A DNA stretch of 64,000 nucleotides. Source: a virus. The DNA is taken from positions 45,974-109,973 of the IMG/VR virus record IMGVR_UViG_3300022552_000002. One strand, written 5' to 3'. A program made the position numbers and the translations under genes. Below are positions 36,427 to 45,556 of this stretch, piece after piece (within the stretch, counting starts at the first letter, position 1; the number at the start of each line of letters is the position of its first letter). Below the pieces are notes generated by a model, which worked only from the letters and a program-made list of their open reading frames with translations, did no database searches and was not told where the DNA came from.

Positions 36427-37661
36427 TGGCACCAATTACCCCCATAAGCCCCGTGGCCGATCAAACAATTGGCGCTACCAATATGTCTATCATTATTGAT
36501 TTTGACAATAACCCAGCGCTAGTTCGTGTGAACAGTATTTTAGCATGGGACGACATTTCAGGTTTTCAAAATTTCTTTACTGGTGGAGTGATTTCTTACG
36601 ATAGCAAAAAACGTATTTACTTGGATACGCCTTCTAATTTTACTAGAGATGCAGTTGTTCCTGTTCACGCAGAAGATGATAGTGTAAACGAATTAGACTA
36701 TAGTTTTATTGCAGCAATAGATCAAATGACTACAACAGATGATGCTTCTCATCCTGATATTATTGATATTGATGGAACCAACGTCTTTGTCGGTTATGAG
36801 AAAAGAGATCCAACGAGTTCTGCGTTTGGTGCTATCACTATCAACATGCGAAAACATGACCCGAATACATCTGAGGTTGAAGTTATATCTGGTCGTCTTG
36901 TTGGATATGGAACAAATCCTGTTAGCGGAAAATTAATTATGTTCATCAATATCAATGATATTATTTATGCCACAGAGGCGTTAGCTTCTGACTTACCTGT
37001 AACATTGACAGATGTTTCTGGTTTGAATGACTATGCTCCTGTTACACCTGGCGTTGGTCTAAAAGGTCCGGTAGAAATAACACAGTTTTATTCTGTGAAA
37101 TCTACAGAGACAGATATAATACGAACTACACCTGGCGTTGGTAGGAAGTATGAGTTCGATAAAACTCCATATAAATCTGCTAATCCGGTTCCAGAGATCA
37201 TTAGCGTTGATCCAATTATATTGAGGATACCACCTCCGATATCAGAACCAGAGTTATCGGCCATCAAAGGATATTATGTAGCTAGAGTATATCTTCCTAC
37301 AAATACAATAAGTGGCGGTTTCCATTATATAGCTTTTCCAGAAGGTGCTTCATTTGTAGATTGGGAAGATGAAGGCAAACCTTTTGGTGTTGGATACATT
37401 ATCATAGGCGTATATCAATTTGATGAGGAACACCAAGAAATAGAAGGCCCGCGTTCTGATGTGCTTGTAGTTCCACCATTTCTTGGTGCAGATTTGATAC
37501 GTACAACGCCTGGTACTGGATTGCATTATTCTATATCTATAACGCAGTATCATGTTGAGGTTTTAGAAGATGGCACTGATATAATAAGAACAACTCCAGG
37601 TGTTGGTAGATGGTCATCTGTATCTGTTGACGGTTTCGGTTCGAAAGGAATAGGCTCATAA
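36426..37661 (+). CDS. Tail-tip protein with an N-terminal Ig-like domain and TPG(V/T)G repeats
   Basis: TAATG-coupled to the TMP. Four D...TPGxG motifs. Confidence 0.65.
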   Translation: MAPITPISPVADQTIGATNMSIIIDFDNNPALVRVNSILAWDDISGFQNFFTGGVISYDSKKRIYLDTPSNFTRDAVVPVHAEDDSVNELDYSFIAAIDQMTTTDDASHPDIIDIDGTNVFVGYEKRDPTSSAFGAITINMRKHDPNTSEVEVISGRLVGYGTNPVSGKLIMFININDIIYATEALASDLPVTLTDVSGLNDYAPVTPGVGLKGPVEITQFYSVKSTETDIIRTTPGVGRKYEFDKTPYKSANPVPEIISVDPIILRIPPPISEPELSAIKGYYVARVYLPTNTISGGFHYIAFPEGASFVDWEDEGKPFGVGYIIIGVYQFDEEHQEIEGPRSDVLVVPPFLGADLIRTTPGTGLHYSISITQYHVEVLEDGTDIIRTTPGVGRWSSVSVDGFGSKGIGS

Positions 37662-38236
37662 ATGTCACAGCTAATCAGAATCAATGATCCAAAAAGACTG
37701 TCATTAGCCGAAGTGTACGCTCTTAGCGGGAAAGAGGCTGGTTTCTCTTTCAAGTTTAAGGGTGAGATATTTATGGATTTCATTGATGAACGAACCGGCG
37801 TATTAAAGAAGCATAAGCATATCAAGAATACTAGAACATGGTGGTTTCGTAATCTTTTAATTAGAAATAACCAGAAAATAACTGCTTATGGAAAAGTATT
37901 TATAGCTAATGATGATGGAGATTGGCACATTCGTAAGAATGTGGTTAGAGCACGTATGCAGATAATGGTGGTAATTATTTTGTAGACGATAATCCTATAA
38001 GAACATCATCTCCATCCACATATGTGTTTCAACTCGTTGCTCAATTCAATGCTGCTCCTGTTGGTACTGTAAAGACTATAAATGCAGTTGGAATTACTGG
38101 TGCTGCTGCCCGAATTCAAGGTAATGGTCTTTATTCTCATCATGTTATAGCAGCAACAAGATTGCCAGGAGCGGGTGAAACTCAAGATGAATACACAATC
38201 TTGAACATCACATATAAACTCACCGCAACGGTGTGA
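37662..38236 (+). CDS. Tail-tip protein split by an apparent frameshift near 37949
   Basis: ORF 37662..37985 and the -1 frame (open 37949-38236) join into one plausible ~190-aa protein: ...KNVVR/STYADNGGNYFVDD...YTILNITYKLTATV. Confidence 0.6.
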
Positions 38237-38243
38237 GGTAGAA

Positions 38244-41200
38244 ATGTCTTCCAGAGTTTCAAGTGGTTATGGTTTTGCTGTTGATAGAAATGGCAATGAA
38301 CATGTTAAAAGCAACTTTAGTTTTCCTGCTAAAGTGAAAGAGTTCTTGCTAAATGTGTATATGAATCATGAAACATCTATTGTTCAAAGCACTGGAAATA
38401 CTTACGGTAAAGCTTTCGCGTCTCCCATGTTCAATAGATACAATAGAAAAAGATATGAGAGTTCTGCTCTCAAGATGCATAACGCAAGTCCAATAGGAGT
38501 TTTTGATGCCGGGTGGCAAGGCGACTATGGCGACCAGAATTTTCCATCTATAGATTATCAGAGAAATAGATTCTACATATTAAAAAGTCTTCTTGAAGCA
38601 GACAATTGTGCAGCTATAAGTAGCGTTGGAGATAATCTTTCAGGTGGTAGTTTTTGGTCACTCAATGTTGAACCATTTTTACCAGATTCATGTTATTTGA
38701 AATTCCTGTTCACAAACATCGATATTCCAGGTACAGAGATAGGACCACCATATAAGCACGAAATAGGTTCCGTGCAACTATTCGATGATGCTGGTGACAC
38801 GCCTTCTAGTCAAGGTGCGATAGAGTTCAGTGGCGTGTTTGATCCACCAGAGGGATTAGAAGGCAGTCGTACACTACAAGTTTACTTTGCCACTAGCGGA
38901 GGTACTGGAACTTCTACTGGTACATCTGGAACCAATGGCGCTGTCACTACTGGAGACCCTGATAGATTCACAGATTCAACTGCTGCTGCGTTTGTTGTTG
39001 GAGATGAAGGTAAATATATCAAGATTAACTCAGGACCAAATAGAGGAATCTATAAGATTCCAGTTGGCGGATATATAGACGCAAGTAATGTTGATACTGA
39101 TTCTGTTGATATTAATCAAGGATTCACAACAGAGTCTTCAATTGATTGGGAAATAGTCACAGGACCAATAGGAGAATACTTCCTTCGCACAAGACCGTAT
39201 ACACATGGTTCTATTTGGAGTAGTGGTTTTGTTGGAACAAATTCTTCATATTTGCCATTAGGAACAATGGGGCATGAGCTTGGATATAGAACACTGAATG
39301 GATTACAACAAGTTCGTAGATATATTTACGATAGAGGTGGCAGTTGGTGGTGGATTGTTAAACACCCGACTGATGATGGTTTATATGGACTTATGCGTTG
39401 GTGCCATATGTCACCAAGTGGTATGGATCCAGTTTATCGTAACGCTGATATTACTGGCGGGATGCCAACAGATCTATTCAATTGGTCGGACATCGCCATA
39501 GATGATGATGACAAGATTTGGGTCGGCGTTGAAGATGCAGCAACATCAACTGATAGATTATTCGAAATAGATCCATACCCAGGTGCCACACCTGACGCTT
39601 CTGCACCAGCATTGTTATCTTCATATGGAAAACAGTCTAATATTTACACCGCAGATGGATTAACTGCTGAAACAGTTCTTGGAATTTGTTGCGATGATAG
39701 CCAAGCTATTGCTGCTGGCACAAGAATATGGGTGTTTGGTGGCGATGATGGCTCGACAGAAGGTGAAGGTGGAATTTCCTACACCGATGACTATGGAACA
39801 ACTTGGAAAAGAATTCATGTGTTACATTCTGTGGCTGGCGAAACTCTCACTGTAGCCAATGGTAGTCCAAACGTAACAGCAGGCACAAGTCTTGATACAA
39901 AGTTCGCTGTTGGCGATTGGATCAGATTTGGCGCTGATATACGTAGTTACGAAGTTTCTGCGCGTACTGCTACAACTATGACTCTAGCTGAGAACTATCA
40001 AGGTACTGGTGGCAGCTATAGCGTTCAGAAGGGAGCGCTTACTGCCAGTGAGTCCGTGTTATTGAATATAGGAACTTATGTAGCAGGCAGCGCCAGTTCA
40101 GATTTTACTCATCAACCTCCATGCGACTATGACAGCGAAGGCCGTGTGTATTGGATTCCTTCAGGTCGTGACAGAGTTTGTAAGTGGGATGAATCAACTG
40201 GACAAGTAACAACTGCTATGGCTTCTGATCTTGGTCAGACAGTTACAGTGACAGATCCTTCTACATTAAAAGTGTCAAGAGTTCCAGATATCGCTGGTTC
40301 TGGCGATAGCATTTGGCATGACAATATCTGGATTGGTTGTTTTAATACGACCAATGGAGGATGGGTTCGTATTCAGAAGAAAAATTTTGAGTACGTTAAT
40401 AATACCGCTGCTATCACTGTGTTTGCAGATGCAGGTAGTGGACAAGTTACTGTTACAAGCAATGGTCATGGTCTTCAAAATGGATGTGAGATACAGATCT
40501 CAAGTACAACAAATTACAATGGGTTCTTTGTTATAAGTAATGTAACAACTAATACATTTGAGATAACTGCTACGTGGGTTAGTAACGATGCTACAGGAAC
40601 ATGGTTGGTAGTTGTCACGCGCTATCATTGGTCTACAACTACAAACTTTCCTAAATCTGTTGATCTTACGTATACCGCACAAGGTTATAAATCTGATTGG
40701 AATATTGCGGTAGAGCCCAAAACTGGACAGATTTATTTGTTGCATGATTATGGTGCGGACGGTGTAGATACCCGTATGATTGTTGTCGCAATAAATATGG
40801 ATGATGGTTCTACAATTACAGAAAGCGTTCATGTTGTTCATTCACCTGCTGCCAACAGTGGCGATCGTGCTGTGAATACAGCAAGAGCGTTTGGGGTAAT
40901 AGATTTTGATGATTTTGGACTTGGTTCTATAGCGTACCTACCTTTCGGAGTTTCAGATTATATATTAAATCGTGCTTCATCTGGAATTTTCTCTCCAATT
41001 TGGGTGTGTCAACGATGGGATGGAGATTCGTGGGAGCTTGGGCCACTCAATCAAATAAATGCTGACATCGATTTCGATGGAACTCCGAAGGTTGAAAATC
41101 TTCCTACGGTTGGTAACGGTTTACGTCGCGTCCATGATTGGGAAGAAGAACTTTGGGCTGGAGTATATGTAAAGTTTGAACAAAAAGGCGCTGCTACTCC

Positions 41201-43457
41201 ACAAGCTAGCGAATACATCGAAGATGAATCGTTCACTAGCACATGCTACATTGGAACCGGCAAAGACAATTTAGCTAAAGCAGAATGGGGCGTAGACGTA
41301 TATGCAACGCCAACAGTTTACAGACTTGATGAACCAGTTAAAGATCTAGAAAATCAATGGACTAGCAATGGCGGCATTGATGGTGGTTGGAAAGGTGGCG
41401 GAACTGCTGCTGATGTTTTGACATTCTCAAGAGGTCCAGCTGAAAATACATATAGATATGGTGAAGGGAATTCACCATATTGGCTCACATCTGGATTCAA
41501 TTGGAATACATACAATCCATTGCAACTTATGGCTGCTTTAAGAATAGCAGATGAACACGAACTAGATAACGATGGTATTATAGCTCCTGGTAGCAACCTT
41601 GATAGATTCCAGAGTACAGGATATTCATTCACAGCAGATGATGTTGGTAAAAGCATTATCACAGAAGGATATACTGGCTCCAACAATGGGCAGTTTATTG
41701 TTACTGATTCTGTTCCATCGTCTACATGGCCAGCAAGCACTGTGACTGTAACTCCAAACTTCAATGCGAATGAAGTTGCCGCAGTAGGTAAGAGATGGAA
41801 ACTTAGAGACATACCTGCTGTTGGATATGTTGTATTCCAAGTATATAGATCAATAGATTATAACCCAAATTCAGGTCTTCTAAGAACAAACTTCAAACTA
41901 TATAATAGTGACACTTATGGGGAAACATGGTCATTGCAAAAGGAAATTGAAAGAGGAGAAATAGCGACTGTTAATGGTAGTCTCGACCAAGACAATTGTT
42001 TTTTCAACGTCAATGAGTATGGTCAGCTACAAGGTATTGACTGGAATAATAATAATTCAGGACCAGAAACAACTGTAGTCTTTAGACTTACAGATATTAC
42101 TGCTAATTCAAGACGCAAACAATATTGGAAAATACTTCAATCATTAGGTACTAGCGACGATATGTATGTTGCTGGTATCATGTTGTTGGACGATAACTTC
42201 AACATACTTGGTAGGTCAAGTAGTCATAAAGTTGAGGACGCCGAAGATTCATTATTCTCAGCATGTCTTGTTGGTAGACCAATGCTTGTCCCGTATGAAA
42301 GCACCACGGTTGGTCAGCCAAGTGGAAGCGGCACATACACTGACCTTATCAGTGCAGCTAGCGAAAGCTTCTATGAGCATGATGGTACTAACACAGGAAC
42401 TATATCTGGTGGCAATACTCTTACCGTCACAGGACATTATTTCTCGCATAAGGACAGAGGTAAATATATCCGCATCAATGAAAGCGGATATGCTGATAAC
42501 GGATTCCACGTTATCACGGCTATAAATTCAACCACACAAGTTGTTCTTGGTTCTACCGGTCTAACAAATCAGTCAAACCTTGATTGGCAACTTCTCACGT
42601 TTGGACCTGGCGATTTCGTGCGCTTCACAAGTGATATATTGTATGTGCATCGTGAAGGTACTGAGCTTGAGGATACCTACTATGAAATCCTTGATGTTCC
42701 TTCTAACACAACTATTCAACTTGCTAATGCAGAGCTTCCTGTACAGATAGCAGGTTCCGCATGGACTTCGAATTTCGACATCAATCGAGATCCAGACAAG
42801 ACAGATACAGATTGCCAAGCCAGTGATTTTGAAACTGGCGGATATATGGTTCATGACGCAAGGTTTGGCACTCTATTCTATAGCACGAACACAGAATTCG
42901 TAGAAATAGAAAGTGGTACGTCAACTACATCTACAAAAGAATGGGGCGGTGGTGCAACTGATAATGATGGCGATGGGAGAGTTGATGCTGTTAATATAGG
43001 AACTGTGTTGGCTGGTAAAGATGGAGCGTTCACAGCTGTAGCCAACAACGGTTCAGGTAAGGCTCGTTTCACAACATCTGCTGCTCACGGAATGTCTGTA
43101 GGAGAATTTGTCACAATTTATGGTGGTTCAGCATACGATGAACAATACAAAATAACTACAGTGTCAGACACAACACACTTTGATGTTGACGTTGCCTACG
43201 TTGCAACAGATACAGGCAGTTTTAGTTCTGTCATTGGCCCTGGCGATTATATCCTTCTGACTGGTAGTTCAAACTATGGACGTAGAGTGTTAAAAATCAG
43301 AGACATCACCAGAGGCGGTGCTGCCACAGATGTTCGCTTCACATACGACGAGTTGTATCCTAGCGATACATTCACCGGTTGGTATGTCTACACGAAGCGT
43401 GAATGGCTACGTGCCGCACAGCGTAGAACAATAACAATTCTCAACGAGACACCATAG
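38244..43457 (+). CDS. Large tail-tip/receptor-binding protein (1737 aa)
   Basis: Asp-box-like motifs (SYTDDYGTTW, SDTYGETW), a beta-propeller-like region and repeated small beta-barrel modules (HGLQNG, HGMSVG, F...D.GKYI.I). Confidence 0.7.
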   Translation: MSSRVSSGYGFAVDRNGNEHVKSNFSFPAKVKEFLLNVYMNHETSIVQSTGNTYGKAFASPMFNRYNRKRYESSALKMHNASPIGVFDAGWQGDYGDQNFPSIDYQRNRFYILKSLLEADNCAAISSVGDNLSGGSFWSLNVEPFLPDSCYLKFLFTNIDIPGTEIGPPYKHEIGSVQLFDDAGDTPSSQGAIEFSGVFDPPEGLEGSRTLQVYFATSGGTGTSTGTSGTNGAVTTGDPDRFTDSTAAAFVVGDEGKYIKINSGPNRGIYKIPVGGYIDASNVDTDSVDINQGFTTESSIDWEIVTGPIGEYFLRTRPYTHGSIWSSGFVGTNSSYLPLGTMGHELGYRTLNGLQQVRRYIYDRGGSWWWIVKHPTDDGLYGLMRWCHMSPSGMDPVYRNADITGGMPTDLFNWSDIAIDDDDKIWVGVEDAATSTDRLFEIDPYPGATPDASAPALLSSYGKQSNIYTADGLTAETVLGICCDDSQAIAAGTRIWVFGGDDGSTEGEGGISYTDDYGTTWKRIHVLHSVAGETLTVANGSPNVTAGTSLDTKFAVGDWIRFGADIRSYEVSARTATTMTLAENYQGTGGSYSVQKGALTASESVLLNIGTYVAGSASSDFTHQPPCDYDSEGRVYWIPSGRDRVCKWDESTGQVTTAMASDLGQTVTVTDPSTLKVSRVPDIAGSGDSIWHDNIWIGCFNTTNGGWVRIQKKNFEYVNNTAAITVFADAGSGQVTVTSNGHGLQNGCEIQISSTTNYNGFFVISNVTTNTFEITATWVSNDATGTWLVVVTRYHWSTTTNFPKSVDLTYTAQGYKSDWNIAVEPKTGQIYLLHDYGADGVDTRMIVVAINMDDGSTITESVHVVHSPAANSGDRAVNTARAFGVIDFDDFGLGSIAYLPFGVSDYILNRASSGIFSPIWVCQRWDGDSWELGPLNQINADIDFDGTPKVENLPTVGNGLRRVHDWEEELWAGVYVKFEQKGAATPQASEYIEDESFTSTCYIGTGKDNLAKAEWGVDVYATPTVYRLDEPVKDLENQWTSNGGIDGGWKGGGTAADVLTFSRGPAENTYRYGEGNSPYWLTSGFNWNTYNPLQLMAALRIADEHELDNDGIIAPGSNLDRFQSTGYSFTADDVGKSIITEGYTGSNNGQFIVTDSVPSSTWPASTVTVTPNFNANEVAAVGKRWKLRDIPAVGYVVFQVYRSIDYNPNSGLLRTNFKLYNSDTYGETWSLQKEIERGEIATVNGSLDQDNCFFNVNEYGQLQGIDWNNNNSGPETTVVFRLTDITANSRRKQYWKILQSLGTSDDMYVAGIMLLDDNFNILGRSSSHKVEDAEDSLFSACLVGRPMLVPYESTTVGQPSGSGTYTDLISAASESFYEHDGTNTGTISGGNTLTVTGHYFSHKDRGKYIRINESGYADNGFHVITAINSTTQVVLGSTGLTNQSNLDWQLLTFGPGDFVRFTSDILYVHREGTELEDTYYEILDVPSNTTIQLANAELPVQIAGSAWTSNFDINRDPDKTDTDCQASDFETGGYMVHDARFGTLFYSTNTEFVEIESGTSTTSTKEWGGGATDNDGDGRVDAVNIGTVLAGKDGAFTAVANNGSGKARFTTSAAHGMSVGEFVTIYGGSAYDEQYKITTVSDTTHFDVDVAYVATDTGSFSSVIGPGDYILLTGSSNYGRRVLKIRDITRGGAATDVRFTYDELYPSDTFTGWYVYTKREWLRAAQRRTITILNETP

Positions 43458-43465
43458 GTGACAAG

Positions 43466-43726
43466 ATGTATCAATGCGAATACGAAGTCTTCAATAACAC
43501 TGAAAACATGATTAAAACTTTCGACATGTCTGAAATAGCGACAGTCAACCCACCTATGGTGACGCCAATAGAATCAGGTTCAAGTCATAAGTTCTTTGGT
43601 CATGACATGAACTTCGAACGTATCCGTAACAACTTTGCCGCCAAGTGCTTTGAACTTGGTGTGCCAAATAATAAACAAGGTTTGTATTTGGCTATTTCAA
43701 CTATTGACGTTGCTGAAGAAGAATAA
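43466..43726 (+). CDS. Hypothetical protein
   Basis: 86 aa, TAATG-coupled to the next gene. Confidence 0.65.
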   Translation: MYQCEYEVFNNTENMIKTFDMSEIATVNPPMVTPIESGSSHKFFGHDMNFERIRNNFAAKCFELGVPNNKQGLYLAISTIDVAEEE

Positions 43727-45546
43727 TGACTTGGGATAACCCACCAGTTAAGATTTCCGAACGTGGTGCAGCAATACAACCACGTTACGTGTACGTTACT
43801 TCTCTCAGTAAAGGCTTTCTTGTTTACAATGGTGTGCGTTCAGCTCAACACACACTCTTCGTAAAAGAATATCCTGGGTCAACAGATACATGGGTTATCT
43901 CTGCTGATATTGGTATTGTTGAAAGTTTCGATATTGGAGAATCTGAAACAAATGATAATGTGATTATTGTTTATAGCAATGGACATAGCATGTATAAATT
44001 AGAAGTAAATTTTGCAACACAAGAAGTTGTGTCTGGTCCTGAATTTATATTTGTTGGTAGTCATCCGGCATTTGATAAACAAAAACCACCAAAAGTTGAT
44101 TACATAAAAGACGACGATTTAAAACATAGAGCTAGTGTGTCTGCGTTGTCTACTGAATACGATGTAGGAGATGCTCCTGATAAATTGTTTTTGCAAATTG
44201 CAGCAGATAAATTCTTTGGACAAGACAAAATTAGATTTGCTACTCAAACGGTTCCGTCATTAAATATTGTATTACCGTTCAGTAATATCACAGAAACAAT
44301 ATTAAGATATGACGGTCAAACTACGCTTTCATCACCTAGAAGATTAGAAGATTTATCAGGTAATGGATATCATCTTGCGATAGGTACTTTACCGATACAT
44401 ACAGGATATGGCCTAAGAAGCGATGGAATATATGAATCTGAATTTACATGGGGATTACCATCTACAGCCATAACTATTGAAGCTAAGATTTATAGGAATG
44501 GTAATGGATACGAATCATATGTTGTTAATTCAAATTCTATAACATTTGGATATATGAATGATGGTACTCTTATATTTTCATTCTATGGTGGTGGCGAAAC
44601 ACATACATTCAAACAAACATATAACGAAGATCAAATCAAATACAATGACAAATTAGCATATATATCTGTATCACATACATGGGGATCTCCTGGTTCCACA
44701 TTCATGACAATAAATGGAACTGTTGTTCTAGCTGAATGGGTTGAAGGTGATGGGACGCCATTTCCTTCAACTCCACATTGGAAAATGAATGACAATGCTG
44801 GCTTACCGACAGTAATAGATTCGTCTGGAATGCATGACGGATCGGTGTCTGGTGGAGTAACATCGGTATCTGGAAAAATAAATACAGCTCTATCGTTCAA
44901 TGGTTCTAATGGTTGGATTGATATCGCTCATCATACAGGTCTTCAACCACATTTGTTTACAGTTTCTTTCTGGTTAAACGCTGCCTCTTCTCAATCTGGT
45001 TCTCATTCTTTGGCAATTGATAAATCTCATGGTTGGTTAGGTTATACTGGATGGGTTTTTCAAATAAAGAATTCTACTCAAAAAATGGGTTTTGCTATAG
45101 GCAATAATATTAATGGTTTTCCACAAGCAGATAGCACGACATCTATATTAGATGATGTTACCAGACATTATTTTGGAACATATGATGGATCAAATCTCAG
45201 ACTATATGTTAACAATGTGTTAGAAGCTACTATTCCATTTTCATCTACTTCTGCTGTTTGGGCAAATACAAGAAATGTAAATATGGGTAGCAATTGGGGT
45301 GGTGGCTCTAGGCAAAGATATTTAAATGGTTGGATAGATGATGTACGTTTATATCCACGAGTGTTGAGTAGTTCAGAAAGAGCTATTATATATAACTCTG
45401 GCAATGGTACAGAGAATGAATTGCCTAATAATGTAACTACAAAAATGATTCTTGGTATAAAAGATTATTTGTATAGTATGAGAATATTAAATGTAGCACG
45501 TTCTTCTTCGCAAATACGAAACTACATAGAAGGTAAATTACTGTAG
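43726..45546 (+). CDS. LamG/ConA-like domain tail protein
   Basis: HWKMND...DSSG...GKINTALSFNG...FTVSFW...GTYDGSNLRLYVN...LNGWIDDVRLYPRVLS. Confidence 0.85.
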   Translation: MTWDNPPVKISERGAAIQPRYVYVTSLSKGFLVYNGVRSAQHTLFVKEYPGSTDTWVISADIGIVESFDIGESETNDNVIIVYSNGHSMYKLEVNFATQEVVSGPEFIFVGSHPAFDKQKPPKVDYIKDDDLKHRASVSALSTEYDVGDAPDKLFLQIAADKFFGQDKIRFATQTVPSLNIVLPFSNITETILRYDGQTTLSSPRRLEDLSGNGYHLAIGTLPIHTGYGLRSDGIYESEFTWGLPSTAITIEAKIYRNGNGYESYVVNSNSITFGYMNDGTLIFSFYGGGETHTFKQTYNEDQIKYNDKLAYISVSHTWGSPGSTFMTINGTVVLAEWVEGDGTPFPSTPHWKMNDNAGLPTVIDSSGMHDGSVSGGVTSVSGKINTALSFNGSNGWIDIAHHTGLQPHLFTVSFWLNAASSQSGSHSLAIDKSHGWLGYTGWVFQIKNSTQKMGFAIGNNINGFPQADSTTSILDDVTRHYFGTYDGSNLRLYVNNVLEATIPFSSTSAVWANTRNVNMGSNWGGGSRQRYLNGWIDDVRLYPRVLSSSERAIIYNSGNGTENELPNNVTTKMILGIKDYLYSMRILNVARSSSQIRNYIEGKLL

Positions 45547-45556
45547 AGGACGAACT

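Noticed and set aside
37109-37612. Similar segments as a DGR template/variable repeat pair
   Set aside because: Differences are synonymous-style and not adenine-specific, and no reverse transcriptase is seen in the window.
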